Below, piece by piece: positions 1 through 13,300 of a stretch of 64,000 nt of DNA (positions are counted from its first letter, which is position 1; each line of letters begins with the position of its first letter). The DNA comes from Chiloscyllium plagiosum. Lineage: Eukaryota. Below the pieces are notes generated by a model. The model saw only the letters and a program-made list of their open reading frames with translations, did not search any database and was not told where the DNA came from. A program made the translations under genes and the position numbers. The stretch lies in contig NC_057719.1 in the NCBI RefSeq assembly GCF_004010195.1, positions 72,472,583-72,536,582 of the forward strand, given 5' to 3'.

Positions 1-290
1 ATATTAAATTCATTGATGTGTGGACGGAGGGGGATGAAGGTGAGTCCTTTGCTGAGGACTGATCGGTCGTCCTCAGTGAGGGGGCGGTGTGGAGGGATGG
101 TGAAAATTCGGCAAGGCTGGGAGTTGGGATGTGGTGTGGGCGTGGAGCTGGGATGGGGGCGGGGCCATAACTGGAGTGGGTGTGATGGTGGGGGGCATGG
201 AGGTGGAGTCATGAGCAGGGATAGTGTTCCCCTCAGGGTTCTGGGGGGCGGGGATGGTGACAGTGGGATCTGTGGGGGGGGTGAAAAAGG
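1..290 (-). mobile_element. Penelope-like element fragment (N-terminal part of RT ORF)
   Basis: Minus strand reads RIFTIPPHRPLTEDDRSVLSKGLTFIPLRPHINEFN; L...E/D.SVLSKGL.F.P is typical of Penelope-like ORFs. Confidence 0.7.
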
Positions 291-313
291 AAGAAGATAC
301 TGAGAGAAGTAGC

Positions 314-506
314 CTATAGGCCCTCTAACAGTAGCTGTATGGTGGGACAAAGAGATCAGGAGGTAATGAGGGCATATAACAAAGGGGGAGGTGATGATTA
401 GTGGTATTACTATAGGCCCTCTAACAGTAGCTGTATGGTGGGACAAAGAGATCAGGAGGTAATGAGGGCATATAACAAAGGGGGAGGTGATGATTTAGTG
501 GTATTA
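314..506. repeat. Near-perfect tandem duplication, period 96 bp
   Basis: ctataggccctctaacagtagc...gtggtatta occurs at 314 and 410, differing by about one base. Confidence 0.9.
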
Positions 507-690
507 TTGCTAGACTGTTAATCCAGAAACTCAACTAATGTTCTGGGGACCTGGGTTCAAATCCTGCCATGGCAGGCAGTGAAGTTTAAATTCAATAAAA
601 CACATCTGGAATTTAGAATGATACTATGAAACCATTGTCAATTGTTGGAAAAACCATCTGATTCACTAATATCCTTCAGGGAAGGAGACA
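485..690 (+). mobile_element. tRNA-derived SINE fragment
   Basis: A-box-like tagtggta and B-box gggttcaaatcc followed by a SINE-like body. Confidence 0.6.
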
Positions 691-1004
691 TGGTTACAGG
701 AGATCAAAACTGGGAACTAAATATTTGGGGGTATGTGACTTTTCAAAAAGATATACAGGAAAGAAAGAATAGTTGGGGAGCACTTGGTAGTGCTGGATAG
801 AATGAGCATAAAAGCTTCTTTTGACACCCAATGCTGGATTAACTGCTGTCCTTCAGTTTGCATTTGGGAAGACCTGAGCCACTGGCTTTGATACCTACTG
901 CAAAATATGTTCTCTAGCACCTGATTCTGCCTCTTTCCCTGACTAAATCTCAAATTTGGCTCTGCAGTGATCTTCTAACCCATCACCAACACCTTACATT
1001 CCTA

Positions 1005-1450
1005 CCCGTACATCATCGCCTGACTCCATCTTGCCTGTTTGTTTGATATTGAAACTCTTGTGTGTGCTTTCATTGCTTCTAGACATGAATAATACAATGC
1101 GCTCTAGGCCAGCATCTCACATTTGACCCTCCGTAAACTTGAGGCTTTCTCTGGTGTCAGTGTCTTTACTCACAATAACTCCCTCTCCCTTTGTTCACTG
1201 ACCTATACTGGATCTCAATGAAACAATGCTTCAATTCAAAACTTCACATTCTTATTTTCAAAATCTTGGTCTTAACACACTATCTCCCCCCGTCTCTGTA
1301 ATCTCCTCCAGCCCCACGTCCCTTTGAGATACGGGCACAACTTCTGACCTCTTCAGCATCTCTGGTTTTAACTGTTCCACCATTGATGACTTGTGCATTA
1401 ACTTTTCTGAATGTCAGATCTGAAATTCCCTCCCTAAATCTCTCCTACCC
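1005..1450 (+). mobile_element. Decayed L2-type LINE 3' fragment
   Basis: Broken frame reading ETLVCAFIASR...NAL...TLRKL, matching the L2 C-terminal ETLIHAF..SRLDY.N.LL motif. Confidence 0.55.
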
Positions 1451-2694
1451 CATTTCTGTCTGTGAAGAACAGTGGTACCTAAACTAAACATCACCTCCTC
1501 CACTGGTGTCACAGAAACAGCACTTGGGGTCTTCTGCACTGAAACAGCGATGGCAGCTGTGGAGGGGAAATTTTGACGGGACAGACCAGGACTCACTGCC
1601 AGACAGCAGAGGAGCACTCGGTGAGCACAAAGCAGCCTTTAACCTTTGAAGCACTTTGAGTAGTGGGTGTTATGTGGGCCCGGGATATTTGTGCCATTGA
1701 CTTGATGCAGGCACTCACAGCAGGATAACTCAGCACAGCAAACAGAAACATGGCATCATGCAGCTGACACCACAGCTTCAGTAACGGCTTCAAATTTTCT
1801 CCTGTTCCTGTTCAACTTGGCCGATTACACAGGGGTCTCCTCATCCTAACCCTAACCTGTGGCTGCTGACCCTGCTTTGAAGGCCATTGCAAATTAGACT
1901 GGAAGTGGGGGTGGCAGAGGGAGAGATGTTGGATGAGGTGCTGAGTTCTGTGCATTGTAGGAAAGTAGGGCTGAGTGCAATGGGCAGAATTTTATCAGTG
2001 CCATGCTCTTCCTGACACTAAAACTGAAATAATATGTCATTTGTACTGTCTTTCATAAGACCATAAGACATAGGAGCAGAAGTTAGGCCATTCAGCCCAT
2101 CGAGTCTGCTTCACCATTCTGATGAGTTTCTCAATTCTATTCTCCTGCTTTCTCCCCGGAACCTTTGATCCCCTTTCCTGTTTGACACAAGTATACAATT
2201 ACATTTTAAAGCGCTGCTGGCAATTTGTGCAACTCAGCAGCTCCTTGGTGCCACCCACTGTCAGCTAACAATGCTGCAGTTACGGGCAGGCTCTTACGGA
2301 GCTTTCTGTTCAGCACAGAGGCTGTGTTTCACTGCCAGGATTCTGCAAGCGAAACTTCCCATCAGGAGCTGTCATGTCAGATCATCAACAGAGAACAGCC
2401 CCATGATTCAGCACTGACTCCTTGAAGGTTCTCTTCCAGTGTATCAGGCAGGGAGCACTCTTTCCTGCAGATGGCATCAGAAAACCCATCTTCCACAGAA
2501 ATGGCAAAGCTGGTGAATGTTATATATCTCTGTGTCCAATTTTGATTTATAACACAATGGGGCTTTTTATTATGTTAAAGGTAAATTTGATGTCTGCCAC
2601 AGCTGTGGTGGTAATGATCTTTCTGAAATGGGACTTAAACCCACAGCCTCTGACACAGACCCAAGTCCTAAACAATGAGCATAAGAATCTCAAT

Positions 2695-3020
2695 TGACAC
2701 TTCAGTGCAGAGCTGAGGCCGCTCCACTGTCAATAGAGATGTTAAACCAATATCACATTTGGTGGATATAAAAGGCATTATTGTGAAAAGATCAAGGGAG
2801 TTATCACTGGCTGGTGTAGAGCCCCACATTAAAATCATCGCACAGATTACCTGGCTGCTCTCACATTATTGTTTGTAGGATCTTGCTGTGATTGAAATAG
2901 TGACCGTGTTTCCCACATTGCACACATGACTACACTTTGAGAGTACTGCATTAGCTGTAGAAGACTTGGAGCTGTCTGGTGATTGTGAAAGGTGCTGTCA
3001 AAATGCAAGTGCTTTTCTTT
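2695..3020 (+). mobile_element. DeuSINE-like (SacSINE1/AmnSINE-related) SINE, decayed
   Basis: gagatgttaaacc...ggtggatataaaag...gggagtt central segment and tgtgaaaggtgctgtcaaaatgcaagt tail resemble recalled Deu-domain SINE consensus. Confidence 0.55.
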
Positions 3021-4415
3021 TATTAAAATACAAGTTGCTGTTGCTGTTATAGCTGAGGTTCGAGAAAAAGGAGCCATACATTTCAGATTAAATGTGAGTG
3101 GTATAAAACTGATTCAGGGAAAGGCTGGGATCATACCAGGGCCTGAGCGATGTGCTCTCTGGTGAGATGTGTGCTAGAAGCAGATGAGAAACATGCACAT
3201 CTTCACATCGAGGTCACCTTGCTCCATCTTTGCGCTTTTTACAAGCGATGTGGCGAATTTCTCACTAAACAATAATGAGTTGCCAACGGAAGGGATTATT
3301 GCTTGTTAAAAGCCTTGTCGATAGCACAACTCATCTCATTAATATTCAACTTCATATCAAACCAAAGGCATCAGACAGCGAGAGCATTTGACATGGGAAA
3401 ACAGAGCAGCTAACCGGAGAATTCAGCTCACCGCCTACTCCATGCTGTGTGGAACCAAAAAGAATCTCGGGGCATGATTCACAGGCATCAGTCTGTATAT
3501 GACCGTTGACATCCAGCATCTGCCAACCCCTCACAGCCATAATGGCACCACTCTGTTCCACTTCAGGCTGTTTAGGAAGCAAGACCTGCATTGGAGGGTG
3601 TACCAGCAACTCACATTGACAGGCTGCGCAGGGGTACTTTGCACACAAAGACATGCACCCAGTTCGCACACTGGAACGGGTTGTATCTCAGGGCTGTTTG
3701 CTTGCTCTCTTAGTCTTTCCACACTTAGTTCCTAACTGTTTGCTGGCACAATCCCTGTCTTGCCATGTCATGCCAATTAGAGCAGTCACATAACCAGGCC
3801 TTACCTTGCTGCGTAGCAATCCTCAGCAAAAGGAACGAGGATTTTGTGGTACAGCAGTGTGCTACAGCAATCTCACAGTTGCATTATGTGCCAGCTACTT
3901 CCACAACAAACACATGGCCAGGGCAGCAAGCAGGCACCAATGAATCCGAGGCTTTGGGGAATGATCCTCACTGAAGTCCATGGAGGCACCCATCTGTCAT
4001 TGGGACCTGGCAGAATAGGTCAAGGGCAGCCTCTCATAACAGTCCAGGAGCTGGCCACATTGAGACATCTGGACAGAGTGCTCTCAGGCAGAGGGTTTGT
4101 GCTCTGGGAGTGGATCATGGTCAGTCCTGTAGTTCCATGTTTACCAGTTCAGGGGTTTATGGCGAATGTGGTCGAGATATATACAGCCTCCAGTCAGGGG
4201 TCTCAACCAGGGAGATTGCTCATAGGAGTGAGCCACAGTCATTCATCAGCTCCACCCGCAGAAATGAAGGGGAAAGGGGGAGTGAGGAAGGGTGGTCGTT
4301 GTTGGATAATGAGACTTGACAAGTTAGTCATCAAATCCGATGCCTGACCTGCTGTGCTTCTCCAGCACCATGCTCTTGACTCTGACCTTCAGCATCTGCA
4401 GTCCTCACAATCCTG

Positions 4416-4720
4416 ACAGTGTGGAAGCAGGCAATTCAGCCCATCGACTCTGCACTAACCCTCCAAAGACCATGTAACCCTGCATTTCCCATGGCCAATC
4501 CACCTAGCCTGCACATCCCTGGACACTATGGACAATTTAGCATGGCCAATCCAGCTCATCTGGATACCTTTGGACAGTGGGAGGAAACTGGAGCACCAGG
4601 CAGAAATCCATGCAGTCACGGGGAGAATGTGCAAACTCCACACAGATAATCACCCAAAGGGGGAAATTGAACCTGGGTCCCTGGCGCTGCGAGGCAGTAG
4701 TGGTAACCACTGAGCCATTG
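4416..4720 (-). mobile_element. HE1/V-SINE-like tRNA-derived SINE
   Basis: Reverse-complement homolog of 17322-17650. Confidence 0.85.
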
Positions 4721-5329
4721 TACTGCCTAGTTGTTGAAGCTGAGAACTGCAGGCTGGGGGAGGTGGTTTGAGCAGCTGTAAAAGGGCAACAGCATCTGCA
4801 AATGGTGGGTGCATGATAAAGCTTTGATGGGAATGGGGTCATGGAGGAAGGAAGGTCTTCAAACTGGGATGGGGTAGCATATGACCAGTCCTGGCTACCA
4901 GGAAGGTGATGTGGATATTGGGGGGCTCAGCAACACATGAATATGGAGGCTGCAACCCTCCAGTGAGAAGCACTCACTGTCACCTTCCATCATGCTGCAA
5001 CTTGAAAATGTGCAACAGAGAAGAAAATGGCTGTGAGTACACTCGGAGTGGGCAAGGTCAGTGACTCAACCTGGGAGGGAAGAGGCTGCTGAACCCACTA
5101 AGGATTTTTTTTTAAAGAAAAGAACATTACAACAGACCCACAAACTGTTAGGATACAGCTCTGCATGGTCCCTAATTCCTGGTCATCTTAGTCCATTGGC
5201 CCCTGGTTTGTAGCTCCCTGCTCCAGATTTCACTGACCAACTCATTCACAACAAATGTTTTAGATACAGAGGATGCAACAGGACAGGGATTTGAGTGTAC
5301 AAGGACAATAGGCATCAACAGCACCCATT

Positions 5330-6955
5330 GACTGTGAGGTGCCTTGTTCCTCTTGCTTCCAGATGACAAAAGAGGAAGTGCTGGAAAAGCTAAAAGGTCT
5401 AAAAATTGATACATGTCCTGGCCCCATTGGGCTACTTCTGAGGGAGGTGGCTAAGGAAATAGCGGAGGCATTGGTTGTGATATTTCAAAAGTCACTAGAG
5501 TCATGGAAAGGCCTAAATGATTGGAAAATCACTGTTGTAAGCCCTTTGTTCAAGAAAGAATCAAGACAAAAGATGAAAAATTATAGGCTGATTAGCCTAA
5601 CCTCAGTTGTTGGTAAAAATCTAGAATCCATCGTTAAGGATGAGATTTCTATATTCTTGGAAGTGCAGGGTCAGATTAGAACAAGTCATCATGAATTTAG
5701 GAAGGGGAGGTCTTGCCTGACAAGCCTGTTAGAATTCTTTGAAGAGGTAACAAGTCGGTTAGACCAGGGAAACCCAGTGCATGTCATCTACCTAAACTTC
5801 CAAAAGGCCTTTGATAAGGTGCCACACGAGAGGCTGCTGAGTAAGGGGAGGGTCCCTGGTGTTTGAGGTGAGCTACTGGCATGAATTGAGAATTGGCTGT
5901 CTGTCAGAAGGCAGAGAGTTCGGATAAAAGGTTCTTTTTTGGAATGGCAGCCGGTGACAAGTGGTGTCCCATAGGGTTCAGCTGTTCACTATATATTAAT
6001 GATCTGGATGAAGAGACTGGGGGCATTCTGGCGAAGGTCGTCGATGATACAAGTTAGGTGGACAGGCAGGTAGTACCAAGGAGGTGGGGAGATTGCAGAA
6101 AGATTTAGACTGTTTAGGAGAGTGGTCCAGGAAATGGCTGATGAAATTCAACATGAGGAAATGCGAGGTCTTGCACTTTGGAAAAAAGAATACAGGCATG
6201 GATTATTTTCTAAACGGTTAGAAAATTCATAAAGCCAAAATACAAAGGGATCTGGGAGTGCTAGCCCAGGATTCTAATAAGATTAACTTGCAGGTTGAGT
6301 CAGTGATTAAGAAAGCAAATGTAATGTTGTCATTTATCTCAAGAGGGTTGGAATATAAAAGCAGCGGTGTGCTTCTGAGACTTTATAAAACTCTAGTTAG
6401 GCCCCATTTAGAATATTGTGTTCAATTTTGGGCCCCACACCTCAGGAAGGACATACTGGCACTGGAGCGTGTCCAGCAGAGATTCTCATGGATGATCCCT
6501 GGAATGGTAGGCCTAACATACGATGAACGACTGAGGATCCTGGGATTGTATTCATTAGAGTTTAGAAGGTTGAGGGGAGATCTAATAGAAACCTATAAGA
6601 TAATGCATGGCTTAGAAATGGTGGACACTGGGAAATTGTATCTGTGAGGCGGGGAGACTAGGACCTGTGGGCACATACTTAGAATTAGAGGGGGTCAATT
6701 TAGAATGAAAATGAGATATTTCTTCAGCCAAAGAGTGGTGGGCCTGTGGAATTCATTGCCCCAGAGCACAGTGGAGGCCAGGACATTAAATGTCTTCAAG
6801 GCAAATTTTGATAAATTCTTGATCTCGCAAGGAATTAAGGGCTACAGGAAGCGTGCAGCTAGGTGGAGCTGAAATGTCCTTCAGCCATGATTAAATGGCA
6901 GAATGGACTTGATGGGCCAAATGGCCTTGCTTCCACTCCTATGTCTTATGATCTT
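5330..6955 (+). mobile_element. 5'-truncated CR1 LINE (RT and 3' tail), disrupted
   Basis: ORFs 5339..5866 (NYRLISLTSVVGK, YLNFQKAFDKVPH) and 6258..6647 (LYKTLVRPHLEYCVQFW); (tcttatg)n tail. Confidence 0.92.
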
Positions 6956-7670
6956 ATGGCTGTCAGCACAGACCTCCATCCATGAAACCCTGTCTGTGAC
7001 CAACCATGAAGTGATGTCTGATGCTGTGACCAAGACATTTGGATTTACTCAGAGAGACTAATAACCAGGCATAAAGTTAAATCTATGATATACAAAAGTG
7101 CAAATGTCAACTAAAATCTGATGTTGCTCTTGCTATCAAAGTGCCCTCAATAGGTTTCACCCATCTATCCGTCCCATTACATATACTCCCTGGTTCTGCA
7201 GCTGGGATGGAGGGGCCTTGCTGATCCTGAGCTGGTGAGGGCCGTGCTGACCCTGAGCTGGTGGGGGTCGCACTGACCCTGAGCTGGTGGGGTCGCAAAG
7301 ACCATCTTCCAGATGCATCCTCTGAGGCCTTGGTACAACCACCCTCAGGGATTGAGGTGGCTTCTGGGGCAGCCAGACATTTCTCTGCAGAGGCCATTGT
7401 GATATTGGAGGTACCTGCAGAATATAAGAGTGAAAGTGTCATGGCCAATGGTTAGAAATTGTGTGAAATGAATGATGCTGACAGTGGAGTTACTTTGAAA
7501 GTTGAAGTGGATTGAGGAATGGTACTAACTCAGTTGGCAGGACATGGATATCTCAGCACCTCGGGAGGAGCAGTCGTTGTCCTTCTCTATAAGGGTTCAG
7601 ATTCTAGTAGGAAGGGAGGAACCTAATGTTGGGCACCCCTCGATGTGTTGTCTCACTGAACAAGAAGGAT

Positions 7671-7800
7671 CTGAGGAAGGGCCACTGGACCTGAAACATT
7701 AACTCTACTTCTCTCCACAGATGCTGGCAGACCTGCTGAGATTTTCCAGCAGTTTCTGTTTTTTGTTTCCGATTTTCAGCATCTGCAGTTCTTTGTTTTT
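7671..7800 (+). mobile_element. Penelope-like terminal fragment, second family, with degenerate hammerhead core
   Basis: CTGAGGA-AGGGCC-ACTG-GACCT-GAAAC-ATTA then gatgctggcagacctgctgag tail; related copies on the minus strand at ~41225-41345, ~43300-43355 and ~60215-60300. Confidence 0.65.
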
Positions 7801-9321
7801 TTTGTGTGTGGCCTCGCTGTGCCCTGTTATGGGTAACTGGCCAATGAGAGAAAGGAGGGATTGAGTGAGATGAGCATGGGCAGGAGAATTGTTATGCTTT
7901 GGCGGAGGTGGGCGGGCTGAGTGACGGTGTGAGAAGGCAGCACAGAGACTACACAGGCTAGTGGTGTGGGAGATTGAGGAGGGTGAGAGGAGGTGTGGGA
8001 AGGTGTAGCAGAATGGAAAGCACGTGCCTTTGTGGGGGGTGTGGATATAGAAGCAGTGAGTGTGAGGTAGTAGAAGAAACAGTGCAGCATTCACTTTAGT
8101 GGGGCAGAGATAGTCATTTGACCTTCTTACGGTATTGCTGGGCATTCCTCCAAATTCTCATGATGGCACTGACCTGGGTGGTGAGCTTGGACTAGGCTGG
8201 CAGGGTCCAGTGGCATGTCCACCTCTGGCAGTTCCCTAGGAAGAACACAACCCTCCTTTGCCCACCCCCGCACCCCGGACCTCCCAGGTCCCTGCTGGAG
8301 AATCACAACACCAGCATCCCCTTCTTAGACATCTTAACAAAAAATCTCTGAGTGAGCAGGATAACTTCATCTTGCAGTATCCTTTTAAAGATGGCACAAG
8401 CACAAAGGATGTCAGTCTCTCAGCGGATTTATGTTAAGTGGTGAGTTGTTCCAGCAATGGTGTGTTAAGACAGGGCCAGAATCAGATATAATGGATGCCT
8501 TGGAGTGGGGTAGGTAGTTAATGAGGCATTTAGTAAAATACAGCAAGAGAATTCACTAGGTCTCGCCACAAAATTCATTTAGTGATTCACCACTGAGGCA
8601 GTAATCATGCCAATATTCAAGATTAGGGTGGAAAATGGAACAGATTGGGTATATGTAATTAAAACATTTATCTCGCACGCAAGATTTCTCCTGACATGAC
8701 CGAACTGGAAGAATGAACAATTGCAGTATTGTAACTTTTATTTGTTCCTGTGCATGACATATTTCGCTATTAACATCATATCTCCATTTACTTCTGTGAA
8801 TTGAACACTATGGATTTTGGAAAATGAAAAACATGACAGAAAGTTTCAAAATCTAAATCAATCAGCAATTTCAAATATTTCTCCTTATTGTGGAGTTACC
8901 CTTTTTTATTTAATTGGGACCTCTAAAAATAATAGCCATCTCATTTTTATCATGAGCAATGGGGTTTCTGTAAAACTGTTTGCTAAGCTTGGGATTTCCA
9001 TATTGTAACCATGTAAGGAGTAATGCTTTGGTAATACAACACATTCAAATGTTTTTTTTCTGAAAGCTAAATACTAATTATTAGATACTGTCAATGACAT
9101 GTTCCAAACTAATATTTGGATGCTATTTCAATTCATGACATTGTAACTAAATTAATAAAATTATGTATCTATATAGTCTCAAGGTGCCTAACAGGTTACG
9201 AATTACTTAGTCACTTTTGTAAATGACAGCTAACCTACACTTACAGGGACTTTTTCCCAATTGAAGGGCTAAAGATTTAATTTTCTCCAGCTGCATTGTC
9301 TTTTCTTGTGGTTTCTTCCAG

Positions 9322-9455
9322 TGGTGTGATTAACACTCTGGGAGGAGGAGTTCGTCTTCAGAAACTACGAGGACAGAAAAATTATCAATCCTCTACTGCG
9401 AATGGGATAAATTCGTTGCCACTTACTCGATGGATGAGCTCCTTTTCAATCTCCA
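9322..9455 (+). CDS. COCH: Cochlin-like exon, C-terminal half of LCCL domain (GVINTLGGGVRLQKLRGQKNYQSSTANGINSLPLTRWMSSFSIS)
   Basis: ttcttccag acceptor and gtgagc donor; 134 nt; LCCL motifs GG..V, NY....NGI.S..L.RW..SF; phase compatible with the next exon. Confidence 0.92.
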
Positions 9456-9614
9456 GTGAGCAGCCCTTTAATATCCTCAAAACATTCAAATTGTAAATAA
9501 ACAAATGAGGGTGAAAATTTAATTACTAAAACACAAGTTGTGGAAATGTGAACAGAGTAAATGTTTCCTTTCTCTATAATTAACTGCCTGCTAATTAAAC
9601 TATACATTTTTATT

Positions 9615-9693
9615 GCTGAAAATGTGTTGCTGGAAAAGCGCAGCAGCACATTTTCAGCTCTGATCTCCAGCATCTGCAGACCTCACTTTCTCC
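9615..9693. mobile_element. 79 bp collapsed inverted Penelope-derived insert with target-site duplication
   Basis: gctgaaaatgtg...cacattttcagc hairpin plus tccagcatctgcagacctcactttctcc tail; flanked by tatacatttttatt / tatacatttgtatt. Confidence 0.8.
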
Positions 9694-10267
9694 TATACAT
9701 TTGTATTTCAAATTTTCTGAAAACACAATTTTATTAACATTCATTAAATGTGGGGAAAAGATGAATTAATTAGAAATGGCTTATGTACTCTGGCAAAATG
9801 TAAACTCCAGAGGTAAGTTTTGAAAAGTTGAACAATGCGCTATCACCAGACTGCTCAGCAATAGCTATCTGTAGGTTTGATTAAAGTCTTGTGGAATATG
9901 TTAGCATTATGTCAGCAGTCATAAAGGCTGCAGTTAAAAATATTTCCCGTAGCCTTATAATGCAAGGACCTGGGAATGCAAATTTAAAGTCTGGAAAGAG
10001 ATGCAGAGAAATGTTATAAAGAACATTTCTATGCAGTGAGTGGCAATAACCCCTGGAATTTGCTACCCATGAGAATGATTTCAAAAGAAAGCTAGATGGA
10101 CATTGAGGAAGATTAACCTGCACAGGAAAGGCTGTTGATTCGGAGAGTGGGACTGTCTAGATTGCTCTGACGAAAGTAAGAATGGGATCCATAGGTCAAT
10201 TAGCCTACTGTTATTCATTCTATTACTCTTAATTTGCTTGAAATCTTAACTTTAATGTCTTCTGCAG

Positions 10268-10330
10268 AAATTGGAAGGAAAGCGCTCGAAGTATCTGGAC
10301 CACCAAAAGCAACAATTATCCCAATGGCTG
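10268..10330 (+). CDS. COCH: Cochlin-like linker exon (KIGRKALEVSGPPKATIIPMA)
   Basis: tctgcag acceptor, gtttgt donor; 63 nt phase 1-1 exon that keeps the frame open; low sequence conservation, so called on structure. Confidence 0.72.
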
Positions 10331-13300
10331 GTTTGTATTGTTCAGCGGGAAATCACATCATACTGTATGTTGCCGAAATAGATTGAAATTCAATGCATTA
10401 AATCTGAACGCCAATTTCATTTTACAAGATATAAATCAATTTTGTTTAATTTTCCAAGTATATTTGGTTTTTAATTCCTATTTTGAGTGGATAAAAAACC
10501 CCAAACCTAATATCAACTTGCCTAATATCGTGTTTCTTTTAATATTTGATTACTTCATCTTAATCATCATAAGTAGTATTACATCACCAGTTGCAGACTG
10601 TCAATTAAATGATTGGTAATATTTCGAGAAAGAAGACGAGGTGTTTTCTGCAAAATGATTAATCTGAGTCTTTGTAGCTTGAATTTTAACTTTTCCTAAA
10701 TGGTGGTTATAGTAAGATGAGACTTCTTGAACATTATCAGATTTTCTTCAAGGTAATGATATACAGGGGATTGTAAGAGAAGGCATTCTCTGGAACCTTA
10801 CAGATTCAGGATCCAGTTCCGTTTGACCTGACTTCATGATACAGCTTGTTATGCTCAACAGCCAGTAACTCTTCATTCTACATACCCCACCCACTGCACC
10901 TCCACAACATATAATGTTATGGGCCAAACCAAACCCCCTCAAAATATACGAAGAAGGTAGCCTAGACCCTAACATCTTCTTATTTTAAAGACAAGTGCCA
11001 AGTGTGGTGTTCCAAATGCAATTCGATTGGTTAAACTAACAGTTTTGAAGCAAGACACACTTAATTCCTACACTACAGTTAAAATGCAACAAAAGAAATT
11101 GGAATAATAACTCAACTGGAAAACATAACAGAATACTAGATTGACTACTAAACTGTAACTGTTCCAATATAATGACATTCCATAAACACACTCTTGGCAA
11201 AGGCAAATGCAGTAAAATAAATTGTCTCATACGCAATTCTCCAGTCCAGGAAAAAAAAATCAAGAGAAAACTTTTGAGAGAAATTGTAATAGGGAGCAAC
11301 ATACTGAAGCTACCAAACTCACCTATCAGAAGCTCCTGTATGATATTGCAGGCTGGATGTCAAAAAGCTTCATTTGCCCACACATTTCAAAACCACTTTT
11401 TAAAGATTATCCTCATTCAAAAGGTCACATGTCATTCACATGGACATGATTTACAATGCTAGTCTTCTGTAAACTTAAGCAAAGATTTCTGTTCTTTCTG
11501 AAACAAAAGATTTTCGCTCATTAATTGGAGAAGCAAGATTTCCTCAGTGGTTTCCACAGTGATTTTGGAACTTTGAATATTGCTGCAAAAGAAGACCTTT
11601 CCTACGTCAATGTATCCCTTTTTTTTCAGTTGTATGAGAATACTATCTGTCTCTGACAAGGAGATTTGAAAAGCTTCTGTAATTTTTTTCATTCTCCGAG
11701 GCATGATTGTATTGTGAGACTGCTGGGCATTTAAATCAGCAATCTCTTTGAGGCAGTTATGTTTAACCTGATTAAACTTCTTATGCACATGTTCCACAGT
11801 TATTCTTAGATTAAAAGTATAGTTAACCTTTACTCCACGGTGATTGTTACAGTCTTTTTCCTGATCATTTTACAAATGTAAACATCTAGTCAATATCTTC
11901 AGAAGCAGATAGTCCTATCTATAACTGGAATCTTGCATCTTTATTATCTGTCACAATTGAGTTAGCCTACTCTAGATTTAACAGTTAACTTAAAATCAAA
12001 ATTGGATAAACTGCAAACACAGGTGGTGATGAGAAAATATATAGAATGCCTATAACATTCTCCTGTCATCTGAAGTGATGGAAAATACTACATTGCCAGA
12101 CCAGAATGTCGGGCAAAACTATTGCCTGGAATTGTTTACAGGTAGGAATATGAAGCGAAAAGGTAAAATTCAAGGTTGATGCTTCAAGTAACACATTTGA
12201 ACTTTTCAAAACCTCTCTTGGTAAACCGTTATGATAAGTACAAGTTTCATTTCTTGGGATTGTTGTTCCATGTCCCTTCACAGAAAGGTGTTTGGGATTC
12301 AGTTATGTTGAAGTGATTTTTAAAAGCAAGGCAGGTTTATGCAGATTTAAAGAGAAACTGGGGTCTGCAGTCCTTCTGGGTGTGTTCTGAAATCAGCTGA
12401 ATCAGCTTGTGGAATTGACAACTGGTATTATGAGGAACACTTCCTTCTCCTTTTAAGTGAGGAACTATTTTACATTCAGGCTTTTTTTTAAATAAGGGAA
12501 ATAGTGCATACAATTAAAGGTGACTGAGAAGACTCCTATTGTTGCCTGTGAAGCACTTCAGTTAATCACAGATCAGAAATAATTACTGCACGCAATGCAG
12601 TGTTCTTGTATAATTGTATTTGTCTAGAGGTGCAGAAAGCTTGCTTGAGCAGAAACAATCAATTCAGAATTATTGCCAGAGTACAAAAACATAGTGGTTG
12701 CTGCAAACAAATAGCTTATCTGTAGTTTCTAAATTTATGAATTTAGTTTCAATAATCCAATAAAAATGGAAAAAATCTAATTATATTGATCTGAAAAGAT
12801 TGGCAATATCTGTACCGTTTTCATGACCAACTATCAAAATGAAATATGTGAAAGACATAACCACATTTACCATTATTTCCGTACAAATATTTTAACTAAT
12901 AGCAATTTGAGCTTTAAGAACACTTTTCTAATGCTTTGATTTTGAATGAATATTGTCCTGCCTTGGACACTAACCACTGTAATATCTTAATCAGCTGTTC
13001 CACCGGAGTGTATCTCTCCTGCTACCACACTAGTACAGGAAGGGGGTCTGTGGCATTGCATTATTGATGTGTACCTAGAGCAGGAAGTTAGCACCCATTC
13101 TGCTATGGCCTTGACTCACACAGCACTAACAAGAGAGACTCCGAGATGTCACAGACCAAAACCATGTTGCATTAGATTCCTGCCTCTTTCCCACACGTTC
13201 TCTTACACAGTATTAACATCTGCACAGTTATAGGTAAAAAGGTTCAACAAATGGAACTGTTCCAGCATGGAATTTGTCTTCCTTTTGGCCTTTACTCCGG

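Larger units (their letters stand above)
3100..8700 (-). mobile_element. Highly decayed PIF/Harbinger-like DNA transposon remnant, interrupted by SINE, CR1 and Penelope inserts; boundaries approximate
   Basis: Minus strand 8112-8206 reads TLPA*SKLTTQVSAIMRIWRNAQQYRKKV, matching the Myb/SANT motif AW..(V)...VSA.....R...QCRKK.ND of Harbinger ORF2; GC-richer decayed coding-like sequence nearby; TIRs not identified. Confidence 0.5.

Noticed and set aside
3844..4347. 167 aa plus-strand ORF
   Set aside because: No domain similarity; lies in decayed transposon-like sequence
1..9321. Search for the signal-peptide and first LCCL exons of COCH
   Set aside because: No exon with the C..G / CP..C / SSIC.AA.H motifs found by eye; probably upstream of the window
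11459..11870. 112 aa minus-strand ORF (open for ~135 codons) considered as a possible viral or host gene
   Set aside because: No recognisable motif, no ATG start, no splice context; compatible with a chance ORF in an intron
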